From Takakia lepidozioides (taxonomy: Eukaryota; Plantae; Bryophyta), in contig CM060733.1 in NCBI GenBank assembly GCA_030704615.1, positions 372,001 through 436,000 on the forward strand: 64,000 nucleotides of DNA. The letters are read 5' to 3'. Made by a program: the position numbers and the translations under genes. Shown one piece after another: positions 24,725 to 37,918 of this stretch; the first letter of the stretch is position 1, and each line of letters begins with the position of its first letter. The notes beneath the pieces were generated by a model. It was not told the origin of the DNA. It ran no database searches and saw only the letters and a list, made by a program, of their open reading frames with translations.

Positions 24725-25614
24725 AGCACGCCGACACATTTCACAGCATTGAACTCGTGCTTCAGTGAACCTTGATGATGCGCCGCGTAAACCTGCTCCC
24801 CTGCTGCTACATGGTACTCGTGATGGCTGGCTCTTGGGATGCGCATTGGCGGTTAGGTAGATTCCTCTTTGGCAGACGACAAAGCTCAGAAACTCATGGT
24901 TCTTTATTTTGCAGCGGCGCTTTTACTCCTCGTTGGGAAGTACTCTATCCCTATTTATCTACAGATTACATGTTGCTCTCTTTTTGTATGAGCCATTCTC
25001 TATCTGTGAACGCTTCTACTTTGATTGCGTTCTGTTGGAGACGATCTGTTGGACGCCATGGCGCAGGGCATACCACAAACACTCAAGGTTTTTTGAGTTT
25101 ACCCTTGCTTGAATTGTGATCTGTACATGCTTTAGAACCCAACACTGACATGGATAGCGACTGTGAAGACCTGCCACTCACCTGCTGCATCCTCACTAAC
25201 ACACATCGTTATGTGGTGGTTTTTGGGACGGGCACAGGTGAGGGTCTTCACTTGTCTTGATTTCTTGAAGCTTGCAGCTCTTGTTCTTGCAAATGTGGAT
25301 ACTGCTGCTGCCTAAGCTGCTGATGCCATTTGCAGTTTCAAACTGCCACCATGCTGCTTCAGACCTGCTCCAAGATGGCTCCAATGAGGATCTGCTTCTC
25401 TCCTTACCCCTGTTTCTGGTTTTTTACAACCACATTTGCATGTGTAGGAGTTAAGCTATGAAGAGTACAAGGGTACAAAATAGCAGTTATTACTCTGACT
25501 GCTTTGATACTTGGCTCTGAAATGAAACTTCTTGGTATGACTTTGATGGATCCAAATGATAAGCTTTGATAGATAACACACATTCTTCAAGGCCCTCATA
25601 TCATTTTGGTTTCA

Positions 25615-26175
25615 TGGCTTGATAACAAACAGGGGTTTCTGAGCTGCGATTGCACTAAGTCAGAATCTGAAGTATCATTCAAAGACGAATCACATTGAAG
25701 TGCAATATCACTACATACGAGAAGTTGTATGCAAGGGAGAGATCAAGGTGATCTATTGTGCTACAGGAGATATGGTTGCGGAAGTTTTGATGAAGAGTCT
25801 ACCAAAAACAAAACACATCAAGTGTTTAGCCTTACTTGGTGTCTCTTCTCCAAAAACAAACGAAATAGCTCAATGATATGGTTTAATTGAGTGAGAGTGT
25901 TGGAAATAATTAAACATATCTAGAAGACTAAAAGTCTTGAAGGCCAAAGGCTTAGAAGTCTAAAAGACTATCTTGTTTAACTCACCTTTGGAAGGTGAAT
26001 GGCTAGAAGGTGGATGGTCACCATAGTGGAAGTGGAAGTGGAAGTGACCAAGTAGGACTTCCTAGAGACCTTCTTGTACAAGCTCAGGGGTGAAGCTACT
26101 AGTCTAAGTGTAAGAGTATGATGGTGGCTTCTATGGTTGGGAGGAGAGCTTTAGTTTTAGCTTTAGTCTAAGACT
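25615..26175 (+). mobile_element. Ty1/copia remnant: RNase H end, polypurine tract and start of 3' LTR
   Basis: Translation NLKYHSKTNHIEVQYHYIREVVCKGEIKVIYCATGDMVAEVLMKSL matches the copia RNase H C-terminus (HSRTKHI...ADxxTK). It is followed by GAGTGAGAG|TGTTGG at 25898. Confidence 0.85.
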
Positions 26176-27178
26176 TAGTTCTTGTTCATGTTCTTGCTCA
26201 ATTCTAACACTTCCACCGGTGCAGGTTGCCTTCGATAAACCTGTGTTTGCCAGCACCCTGAGTTCTTAGCTGAACTATGAAATCCTGGATGAGATGTCCG
26301 GGTGGAGAGTGCTTGTGAGAGATGTAGGTATGGCAAATGGGGACTGATGCACCAAAATTGCTCTAACCAAGTGCAAATGCCTATCAAACAAAATGTAGTC
26401 TCTGGAAGGTAATAATAGCACGACCCACTCGGCATGGTCCTCTTGAAGAGAACTTCTTTTCAAAGCGAAGGTTTTTTCATTATCGCAGAGATATAGCCAA
26501 AATCTTGACTAAGAGCTTCTTGATTTCTACAGATTCCAATTTCCCATAGTCAGAATACAACATAATGACATTCTGGAAAGAACTCGAACTGATGCTCCAA
26601 CTACAACTATAAAGTTAATGATCCCACTTATTTTACAAGAGGGCTCCAAGCGCTACAAGTGTCACAGTCTCTCCCCCTCTTTGCTCCACCATATTTAGCA
26701 CGGAGTTTGTGGACAGAAGGCTCCACCAAACAAAGCCTAATGAGTAAATTTTCTTCCACTCCAAGCTTGTATGCTTGTATAATGTATTGTATGCTTGTAT
26801 ATATGCTGCATCATCTTCAGAGCAGAAAACTTCTTTAGTACTAGATCTATACTAGTGCTCAGGTCTCCAATATTAATTGTTCTCGAGATGTCTTTCCGCC
26901 GGCCTCCATACTCCGTGACACAATGTTCAGTATCATATTCTCTGAACCCCTTTTCACTATACTTTTTGTTTTATGTACTACAGGAGGACAAGAAATCTTC
27001 AAGTTTTCGGAGTTGTTATACTATAAACGATATATGTACTTCACCTGTAGAGATTAGCTGCAGGTTGTGGAGCAGGCATGACCTGATGATTCTATTGATC
27101 ATGGATGAAGCCTGGTTACCCCTATTCTAGAACTCTCTCCGTGTACACCTTGGTTTTCACCTTGTCAGCTTCCTCTCT

Positions 27179-30100
27179 CTATGAAAACAGACCAAAAAGA
27201 TCGTGGAGTTTAGCTGAGCTTGAGTCGCTGGGTTGTGAATAATTTGGCTGAGATTGTGGAGAAGAATCCTCGTATGTGTGGTACGATGGCTGTGAATACA
27301 GTGTACTGGATGAGGATTCATGCACAGGTTTCTCGTATGCAAAAGATTTGTACGAAGACTCGTAAGCCGATTGGCCATCAGAAGAGGATTTGTAGTCTAA
27401 GGATGCATATGCAACATCCGGATAAGAAGATGTGAATGAAGCTTTGTACGAGAGTTCATTTGCAGGTCGTGCATAGGAAGAAGAGTATGCGGGTTCTGTG
27501 TATGACGCATATGATGAACCTGATGAACCTACATGGTACTCGAAAGGATTCTCATAGTACGACACGTATGGGACATAGGGAAAAGAAACGTAAGCTGATT
27601 CATGCTGCTCAATAGGGCCTTCTGGCTTTGGCTTTTCTACCACCGTTGGGCTCGCTGAATCCCCGACTGGACGCAGTACCTGCTGAGCTGCGGCGCTGGG
27701 CTGAGACTCAACAGCCGGGGCAGATTCATCGTTGGCATTCACTTCAGCCGGGGCAGAGTCATCGTTGGCACTCACTTCAGTGGCTTCAGAGTGCTCCTCA
27801 TCTGAGCTTACCAGTTTCTCAGATTCAGCTTCAGTTACTGGGCTGGGATCTGCGGCTGGTACTGGTGCTGGTGGGCTTTCCTGGACAGGAAATGCAGCAA
27901 AGCGTGCCTTTCTTTCCTCCGAGAGCCACTCTGCAAATCTGTACCACATGGTGCGACAGTCTGGGAAGTCCATTGTTGACAGCACTTGCAAGAGAGAAAA
28001 TGAGAGAGGACGAGAGAGACATTGAAGGACTATATAATAGCACATTGCATCCATTACAAACGCCTTTCTACAAGATCCGCAACAAAGACGGCACTCTAAA
28101 TATTTCGAGGCTGCAAACTGTGTAGATGCTGGGTTTTCTGCACACTTGAAGGTGTACAGGTACAAATAAACAGTTTTATGGAGAGAAAAAGTCTGCTGTA
28201 TAGAACCTCGGTTATATGAGCCCCCTGAAACTTTAGCTTTAGAAAGATTCGTACCTGTAAAGGGCTTCACGGTTGGTACCCGCATCAGGGACGGTTTCAA
28301 GCTTGCCAGTTTCAAAATTGCGCTGTGTGACATGCTCATCCAGCATGTGTTTCCCTGTGGCGACCAGCTTCCACAAGTTGGCCGGTGAAGAGTCATCGAC
28401 TGGAGTAGCCTGACCAGTAAGGCTGTCTGTCTGTGAGCACCACGCAGTTCAGATTACCAACTTGAAATCAGAGATGTCCACTGTATGTATCGCTTTTCTG
28501 GGGTAGGGCTCTAGGGGTCTCTCTTTGTTAGTTCGATGGACCAAATAAATTTCTTCTTCTTTTCCTTCTCTCGCTGGGCTTCAAACGCAACGGAATTCTA
28601 CTCCTTTTTCAAGATTCAAAGGCTCCTTCCACCCCTGTGGATGGGCTACTGAAGATCAGCATATATGTGATGTCGATGCCTACAAATGCTTCCCACTATC
28701 CTTCCAATGGATCTCACCAGCTGTGCACAGACATTATGTCAGTTTCGAGTTTAGCAACTGCTCGGGGAGGGTTGGTGTCCACTAACTAGTGCAAAAATAG
28801 GCACAGGTGGTCAACAGATCATAGCAAATACCAAGGTTAACTGTAGGACTGTAGGACTGAACGGATGCTGAACAGTGTTGAGCACTACCTATAATTCCAT
28901 TGAAGCCCATGGATAAGATGCTGAACAGCTAGTGGCATGTGATCCTCACCCTTATGGGACTCATGAGAATTGAAGGTCCAGACATGACAAATGAAGGTAG
29001 GAGGGCCCGAGCAGTATACCTGAATACGAAGATAGTTGCGGCAGGAATTTTGGGACTGGAAGAGAATAGAAAGGTTGTAATCCACCATATCTCCACTTGC
29101 ATTAGAAACCATGTCAACCAAGGGAGCCTCGCCCTTGTTTGCCAGCCAATCCACCACACCCCATTTTTGCATAACCTTTGCATCATAGCTCACCGTCTGC
29201 TGTCCAGTGCCAAGTGAAAGAACCAAAAGGTCGGCACAGCCCTGCACAGATGAAGTACAGCAGGGAGACAGCAGGCACATTCAAATCAACTCAAATCCTG
29301 GGCGAACTAGAAATATTCAAAAGACTTATAATCTTATAATCTTTATATGCTTGAAAATCGATTCAGAAATTAGCCTCGTGACAAGATCATTCATGATCAT
29401 CACTGACAAAACAGGGTAATTCCGCTCCCTGCATCGATTTAACTCTGGGGCTGTGGTGCCTGCACTAGGCAGCAGCAAGGAGATTCGTCTCCACACACCA
29501 ATTGAACAAGGTCTAGCTCTAGATAGCTGGATTGCATATTATCTCCGTCAGAATCTTGGGAGACTGTAACCTTAAGAGATGTATTGCATATAGCTTTGAT
29601 CAGGACGGTCCATCTTTTATTGAATTGGATTTCAAATAGCTTCTCAGCTTCTCGAAAGAGGAAAAGGTTGTGCACCACAAATTTCGGGATTGATCATGTC
29701 CAGAAGGGATGTAACCAACAACTTGTATTGAGTGTGATTGAGCAGCAGGGGAAAAATATCCACTCATGGATCACTGAAATTATAGCGGATTACTGACCCC
29801 ATAGTTTACTCTTCCAGTGCAATGGCCACCCGACTGTACTTCCTTGATAGCCTGCGTGACCGCCACATATGTCTGCAATGCATGTACACAAATCCCTTCA
29901 CTCACAGATCTCGAGAAGAAAGAGAGGAAAGACGTCAGAGATATATAATTTGCAACTCAATTGTGTCAGCGCTCGGAGTGAAGGTACATCTTGTGTACAA
30001 CCTCAAGAAAATCTTCAACGTTCCCACATGGGGAAGTTGCTTGCAGACTAGCATTTCTAAATCTGGTCGCTATGGAACGTCTCAGTCGCTCATACCGAGA

Positions 30101-32200
30101 CAAGCGGATGTAACAAGTTCTCAAGGATATATAACACTCATGTTTGTGTGGTGTCGACATCGTGTGCACACTTGAATTGTGACGTGGGTGCTTTCTCATC
30201 CGACGTCCTGTGCAACTTTGAACACTACAAATATGCACACAAACAGTACAGAATACATACATACATACATGTGCAGACAATTTGTCAATCATGGTTTAAG
30301 AAACTTACCGGATTGTTTACGGCAACCCCTCCATCAATCATATTGTACTCTCTGGAGACTGGAGGACTCTTGGAAGCATCCGTAACATAGAACTGAACAG
30401 GAGGAAGATATGTTGGAGCAGCTGAAGTAGCTCGGCATACACTTTTCAGCGGTGGATTCTCAAGTGGGTCACGCTTCGCCTGTTAGAAACTTGTATACAT
30501 GTATGAGTGGAACTACTATCGGCGATCGCAAAGGTCATCATCAATAGGAAATTCATCGAGCAGTCTCCGAGCAGTACGATATTGAAAGCAACCTGAAATT
30601 CTAACTTCACTCTAGATTGGCAGGTACAAGGATAAGAGAGCTCAGAAAATCAGCTGGAATCTAAGTCTAAATATTTTCTGAGATGTGTTACGTCCACGGG
30701 TGACCCAAAGGACCAAAGTACACCTGAAGACGAAATAAAACAGAGGCGTAGAGATCGACCTCTAGAGAAAATTAAAACAGCACCTAGAAGTACAGATTTC
30801 TACACATATGACACAAATTAAGTCTAGATGGAGAGAGGGATCTAGCTATAACCTTCCATGACGAGAAGAAAATGGGCTGCTGGAGTCGAGTGTCAAATGC
30901 CGGAATGACAACAGATGTGAGAGTGCTGTCGAGGAGCTTGTCGTCATCGAAGTACTGCGAGAGCAGATTTTCGAGACCTCGGGCAGTGTATTTCGGGCCA
31001 TTTCGGGCAGCTATGTTCATTCGAATTTGACCCAATGCACCCCTGTACATAATTTTTTGACCCACACATCAAATAAAAACGTCGATCTGATTCATCTCTC
31101 GATGTTCTTATCGAGTATGTACTGTAAGCATTTCAGATATTGCAGCTAACCGAGCCGATGAGTAGGACCTGAGGGCTCAAGCTTCCCCATTGATCATTGA
31201 GCTGAAACAATCAGCATTGAACCTGTTTTCCAGATGGAGAGCTATCGACAGTGGCTCTAGAGATTTATAACTGAGATTAAGATCGATATTGAAAGGCCTT
31301 TAGTTAAGATTTTGAACCTGGACTTCGGGAAGATTTTACTGGCATGTTTTTGGTAGAATTGGGTTACTACTTCCTTTGCAGTGTACAGAGGGCGCTTTGA
31401 GTTCTCTCTGCCTGGGGTAGTTAGCAAGGCGGTGATAAGACCTCCCGAACTGGTCCCTGCAATAAGGTCGAAGTAGTCCACCAGCCTTTTGTCTGATCCA
31501 TCCAATCGCTGTGCAAACACTGGAAGAAGTTAGCCGAAGATTTTTGTAACATTGTCCAGAGATGGCAAGGAAGAAGGAGAACACCAGGAACAAATAGATT
31601 ACGTCCACCGGGTGGAAGGCCCATGTGATCATGCATAGTTATCTAAACTTCTTGAGAAACCCAATATAGTCCTAACGGAGCGAAAAACCATTGAATGCCG
31701 CTAGATCAGGACTCCTGATTTGCGCGCACGTTCTGGGTGAGGCAGATTGACAAATGTTCAAAGCCTTCCAATCACATTGTTTGTGTGACACTGTGAACCA
31801 AACCCCCAGTGGTGCCCGGGGTTTTAGTGCTAAAGAAAGAAAGACCTGCAGACAGCTCTGAAACTCCGTACAAATGTCCCTGGAGACTAATTAATTGAAG
31901 AGCTCGCCTTGTGAGCACTTTGCACACTCGAGCGAGTCCTTCATATTTATAACTAATATTGAATTCGGGAAGATGCAAAATCTTAGCTACTGTAGATATT
32001 TGACGGCAGCTGGGGAGGCTGAATATGGATGTGAAGCACAAGTTCTCAATCACATCTACCTGCAGTTTTTCTTCCAGCTCTTGGAGAATGGTGGCAGGGA
32101 TGAGACCTCGCACCCCTCCCCCATCAATGCTCAATATGGTGATCCGTTTTCCTGTCACGCCCCCTGGTTGCTCCGACATAAACCCATAATTAATCGGCAT
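27179..32200 (-). CDS. Patatin-like phospholipase (pPLA-II type), 8 exons, ~641 aa, with low-complexity C-terminal extension
   Basis: Exons 32200-32060, 31508-31318, 31042-30853, 30479-30309, 29872-29798, 29241-29020, 28430-28255 and 27938-27179, all GT-AG. Total 1926 nt, in frame. Motifs DGGGVRG, GTSSG (nucleophile Ser), [11 protein letters not shown] (catalytic Asp), [22 protein letters not shown]. Confidence 0.93.
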
Positions 32201-33823
32201 TACCGCTGATCTCTGAGAGGGGGAGTGAGAAAAGCAACTAGTAGCGGAGGAAGATCACAGAAAGAGAAAGGCGTCCAGGAATCCTTCCATTCTCTGCTGC
32301 GAGGCCCCTTTTGTGTGTGTGGGCTCAACCGCGAAATTCGACCCTAGCTAGATGTGAAAAGTGGAACTGGATCTAGAGGCTGGTGGGGCGCGGATCTGAT
32401 GTCAGTAGAGCTCCAGGTGGGGGCTACAACCTGCAGAGCTCCCGGGGAATGTCAGCAATTTAAGGCTAGGATCATCTGAATTGCAACTTCCGTATGTATA
32501 TCTAATCAACTTTCAAATCAAATCAAGCATTGTAAGCGCAGCTGGTGTTAGTTACGCTTTCACCAATCTCAGCGTGTGGCTACGTCCCTCTTGAACTCGA
32601 AGTCCTACTTTGTTGCCAGGGAAAGAGTACACCATGCATTGGAGTTTGGTCATGAATCACAATATAAAGCCCTCGTCATTGAAGTAATTTAGCACCGGTG
32701 CAAAAGTAGGATCTAATAACATGGACTAATACTCACATGAACTAAAGCATAGATCTATCGGTTTACAATCTGCAAAGTTCTACCCACTCACATCTGCAAC
32801 ACCCAGTAGTCTTGTCCTTGTTCGAGGAATAAGAAAATGTTAAAACCATCACCTAGAGGCCACTGACAGGCTCCTGCAAAAGTACGGCCACCATTATTGC
32901 TATTCTCACTGTTGGATCTTCTCGGATCGATGATGTGGCGCTATGAGTCACGTCGAATTCAGCCACACTAAGTTAGTGCCAGCTTTTGTTCGTTTGTCGG
33001 CTCTCGCCGCCCCTCTACATATGATCGCATGTGTGGCCTACCGATTCCATGTTTTATATCATACTTCGTGGGAGTCGTTCAAGTATCATCAACTCGACAC
33101 CAAATTAAAAAACTTCCCACCGCCTGTTCCCACAAACGATGCAAGAACTTGATTGAGTAATAATGCATCTCGAGATTCCTGTCATGCATGCGATGCACTT
33201 GCAAATGGGCCCACACCGCAGATGGATTGCAAGTGCAAATTGCGAGACGTAGTTCTAAGATCTTAGTCGTGGGCAGCGATCAGCAGGCCTGCCCATTTCG
33301 CCATTCCAGTTTGATGGGATACTTGTTCCCTGATCCAAACGCTATCTTCGACATTGTATACTACGATCAACACATACTTCACACAACTGTTGTTAAGTTG
33401 CATATGAAATGATGTCATTCTAAAGAGCGCATGATTGCGAGTAGAAATCGAGCGAACATTCAGAACGAGATGCCTCAAACGTATCAGATTTGCTTCACGA
33501 TCAACCTAATAACAGATTGTATTCCAATCTATCCATACTAGTACTTGGGTGGTGTAGTATTGTGAGGATCCCAAACTCTTGCTGTGGAGGACTAGGCAGC
33601 AATGAAAGATTCCCTAAGATTTTGTTGATACACACTTTTGACATTTTGTGCACATCGGAGCTGTCACCATCTTGGCAAATATTACTGGCTGTCTACTACT
33701 CTTAACTCGAAGCAGGTAGTGAATCTTGTGGTTGGCTCTACAATTTTGTCGCTGTACATTCCACTGGTTGTTCTTTAGGCCCTCCCTTAGTACTTGTCGT
33801 TTGCTTATCAATCCTGGTAGAGT

Positions 33824-33980
33824 AATTTTCACTGTGCCAGTGAGAAGGTGAGAAGGTGGCCATTGCCTTCGGACTCACCAGTTCGTCTCAAAAATTGTTG
33901 GGTGATCAATCATTGTGCTGGATGCGAACTACTTTCACCAATTCCAAGATAGGCTTGTTCTTGTGGGGGATTACTGGTGA
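33824..33980 (+). pseudogene. Short DYW-domain remnant
   Basis: Reads FSLC-SEK...EKVAIAFGLTS, then a deletion, then KIVG*SIIVLDANYFHQFQD...CSCGDYW* with frameshifts. Confidence 0.85.
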
Positions 33981-34329
33981 AATGAGCAACATTCGTGAGT
34001 GGTGTGAAAAAGTCATAATCTCTCCTTACTTTAGTTTGTAAAGAGTGAAGTGGAAAACATGGCCTCAACAAGGAGAAAAAGTCAGTGTGTATCTTTGCAT
34101 GCTAAGTCACCAAGTTGTTCCAATCAGATAACAGAGCTACATTGATGTGGGAAAATATCCACGGTGAGTGCTTACTGCTGCTACAGCATTCATCCTCTGT
34201 TATAGTCAGCATCTCATGAATTTAATCTCGCCTGAATCCTTGTCCACAGCATTTCCTTACAGCTTAGGGGTAGCTTTCAGACAACCCTTTATACGAATAA
34301 CTGCTGGGCTCCATTCTCAGGGTGTGAGA

Positions 34330-36739
34330 AATTAGTGCTCAAGAGCCCTAGCCCCACAGCCATTGATATGATCCCGACACATCTTATCCGTGATCTCCAA
34401 ATCTGCTCTCTTCAACAGTCCCCGTTTAGCCTTCTCCCAAGCTTGATACTGCCCAGGTGTATATGATCTGGTGCTGCTCGATCTTTGTGGTCTGCCTCCA
34501 CCTGGAAAGTGACTGGCGTAGGATCTGCAGTCATAAGCTAGGGTGAGAGGGGATTCTCACTTAAGTCTCGTGCACTCAACATGATCACAACCTTAAGCCT
34601 ATTTCGTCTGACGACATTTCTCTACTATCCATTTGTATACCATCAACAACTAAGATTCAATGGCAGTTGCAACAGTAGTTAGTTTACACAAGTTCGACAC
34701 TGTAAGAACAGACCATTGCCTTAGGTAGTCTACCCGCATAGAATTCTTGGTAAACGTCTGAACAGTTTGCAGAGGGAAGATACGAGTCTCCAGCTGTCAG
34801 GCCTACAAAAGCCACTGAGGACCTTATCGGAGTCTTCCAAACAGGCGGGTCTTCCATGCAAACTAGCTCCTCGAACAAGTTGAAACCAGATGCTGCAAGC
34901 TGGCTTGCACTCATTTACATCTGCTCCTTAACTATCACTGCATGTATGGTATCTGGTAAAAAGAATCTTGTACCAACCCCCAAAGATTTGAAAAGTTAGC
35001 ATGGTGGAAGAACCAGTAGAACCCACTTGGAAGTATGTAAGCATGGTAGTATGTTCTCTATGACCTCAGTTATCGTTGCCTATAAAACCAGTATCATTGT
35101 CCCATACACCAGCACTAATTGACCATCAGTCTGCAATCCTTGAGATGTAACCAAGGAATCTCAGCCATTGGAAGCGAAGTATTTGGAGATAAATGTCTGT
35201 TCACATGCTTTGGTCCCACAAACATGGGTTCCAAAAGCATCCAGGTGCTCTTGGAATGATGATGGACAGTCATCTGTACCAGCGCCAAGCCCCTATCAGT
35301 CAAAAGAACCTCAAAAGAAGCAATACCAGGATGTGAGCTACCTGTAGAATGTACAAGAGGGTGATGAAGTGAAGAACGTGCTAGAGATTCGATGAATGTT
35401 CCTATGCTTGTCGGTCAAAGACCTTGTGAAACCTACAGATTATGACAGAGAACTTGACTGCATTTAGCCAGCCAGTTTTGAAGAGGCGATGACAAATAAG
35501 AACTCTCTAGGAGAAGTGAGTATACACTACATGTTGACAAAAAAGCTTTCACAAGAATCACAACGAGTATAGATCAATGTGCCGAAGTTACATCAGAAAG
35601 TATTAGAACTGCTCACCATGGTTTGAGTGGAAGGTATACAGAGGCACCAACCAGCAGATTTGGTAGATACAGCCAGCATTGTCACTGACCAACCGTCATC
35701 CCCATGGGCTTCAGCAATTTCAGAAGGATTTGGCTGTGCAAGGGCGGGTCGTTGAAGTACATAAATCTGCACTGAAACCAAAGACCTTAACAGATGTTTT
35801 TACTAGCTAGACTTGCATTATGCCCGTCGAGAGATAATTTCCTGTCAATTAGGCAGTCCCTTAGGGTGGACAAATCATCCATTAACTGACACCTTGGTAG
35901 TCTAGGAAGAATTCCCTTTCCAGGAATGGATTGTACTATTGGGGATTCCCTACTCAATGTTCCATCATACAACATTGTCTCATGTGTACCTTTATGTCCA
36001 TTTTATCGTGTTAGCATGTTCCAGTCTCTCTTTCCTGTAGCACTTTCGTATGAATGTAGGAAACAGACTATGCTTCAGATCCTAAATGCACTGGAAGAAA
36101 GCTCTGTATCTAATACTGGTGTGAGAAAAATGGTCATTCTCGTGAGACTTGTCGCACCTGAGCTTCAAAATGCATCTTTCACAATACCAGTGCCAAACTG
36201 GCTGAATTTGGGATAATTTTTCTTCAGGAACCCTCGCCTCTTATACGATCTGTGATATCTATTCATTTCGATTCCATTTTCCAACCTTATTCACAGCAGT
36301 GCAGATCTATAGCCTGGTGGTCGGCTTAGAGAATCTGTAAATTCGTGCACTGGGGGTAAGAGAGCCATTCTGCCGAAACAGCGGCCATAGCTAAGACTTT
36401 GGAAAGTACTCCGGGAAGCACACACGTACTCATGGGAAAAGGCTGTCCGGGCCTTCTGTGGCTGCTAAATTCGACTTTACAATGCTACAGGAAAAATTCC
36501 CACAGACGCGAGGCCCAAATTAAATCTTCAACCAGGGTAGGCAGTCGTGATTTCCTTGCAGAAATGGCAAAAGTTGAGGAGATCGTCCATACCAAGCTAA
36601 CCTTCACCAACAGTGTTCCGATTTCGATGATCATCATCGCAAGCTAGAGAGAGAGCATACGCTTGACTGGAACGTCCATCGACAACGCTATCTCCTGCAG
36701 AGCGAGCAAACCGCCAATCTACTTGTCCGCCATCGCCAT
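34330..36739 (-). other. Possible multi-exon gene or gene remnant of unknown function
   Basis: Several short minus-strand open segments next to plausible AG acceptors (~35341-35150, ~34920-34710, ~34525-34330) and an ATG-GT first exon at 36739-36723. No family recognised, and I could not build one continuous frame. Confidence 0.3.
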
Positions 36740-37034
36740 TCTCGAACTCGAGCTCCTTCCCAGGGAGTGAATGAGGAATGGAGTGGATGAAAATAGGTGG
36801 ATCTGGATGAACGACTGAAATGTCTGGAATTGTCTTCCTCCTCGAGTGGAACCGGAAGAGATACAGAGGAACTGCAGGCCGAGGAATTGAATTGCCACAC
36901 CTGAATTTCTACTCATATCAATCCACCTGCGGTACTGATTTTGGCTGGCTCCGGGGGTATGCTGGGTAAATGATATAGGGCTCTCAGTGGGATTTTTCGT
37001 TAAATAAAATAAACCTTCACTCTTTGCAGATGTG

Positions 37035-37106
37035 GGATCCGTTGCGCAATGGTAGTGCACCTACCTCCAGGTCAGAAGGTTGTGTGTTCGATTCACGTCG
37101 TGTTCT
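37035..37106 (+). pseudogene. tRNA-Trp(CCA) pseudogene
   Basis: GGATCCGTTGCGCAATGGTAGTGCACCTACCTCCAGGTCAGAAGGTTGTGTGTTCGATTCACGTCGTGTTCT follows the plant cytosolic tRNA-Trp pattern (D-loop TGGTA, CCA anticodon, GTTCGATTC). The anticodon stem (CCTAC/TCAGA) has three mismatches. Confidence 0.85.
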
Positions 37107-37477
37107 ATACCCCCGAAATAAACTCCCCCAGTATCTTTTGGAAAATGCCGGCAAGCTTTGAAGATTGGGACTAAAACACCAACTTTGAGGTTCTGGTTGT
37201 GAGAGAATTGAACTCCGGAGTCTTCTCACAAGTATGGCCAGAATTGAAGATGATAACCATTATGTTGTATGCAGTGCCCGGAACGCAGAGCAGTCCAATG
37301 ATCAGTTCCACTTGACTACTGCCTCTTTTGCTCGTCTTGTAAAGAGACTAAAAAGGCAATGAATAGGAGCAGAGAAAAGGTGGGAGGGTACTGTGGCACA
37401 GCCAGAGATGCTGCGGACACAACCAACTAGAAACTGGAGTTTGAACTTGGAGGGAGACAACATTGACTGTATTCATG

Positions 37478-37684
37478 TTATGGAGATGACCGTGCATAGT
37501 CCGTAAGCTGCCAAAGTCTCAATTTGCTGTAATTCCACTCATTGTAGCTGCCTTTCTGCAGATGGGGGTTGCGAAATCTTTCTATCTGTCGAACTTGCCA
37601 TCTTGCATCACTCAATCCCTCTCGGTGCTCATGTGAAAAGTTTTCATCAACCAGCACAATAAGGTCAATTTCACCTCCTTCGCT
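37478..37684 (-). pseudogene. Isolated exon of a glycosyltransferase family 8 gene (GUX/PGSIP-like)
   Basis: DLIVLVDE...HREGL...WQVRQIERFRNP...YNEWNYSKLRLWQLTDY. It is preceded by a TTTTTTTGCAG acceptor, and a frameshift and stop occur just before the expected DxD motif. Confidence 0.88.
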
Positions 37685-37918
37685 CTGCAAAAAAAGTGCC
37701 TACTGAACCGTGCAGTCTGCGGACCACTCCGCAAGAGGTTTTTCCCTCACTTCAGTGCTGCTGTCCCATAAACTACTTGGATTGTGCTCATCACCATGGG
37801 AAGCTCCAAGAATGTCATCTGTCACATTCACCAGTTGGTTCTTTGGTATTACAGATATACGGACACAATATCAATTGTCTGTCGACAGGATTTCTTCCTT
37901 CTGGGTTTACTGCTTGTT

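Noticed and set aside
37035-37106. Functional or suppressor tRNA, or SINE head
   Set aside because: The anticodon is normal CCA but the stem is broken. No SINE body, tail or TSD is evident.
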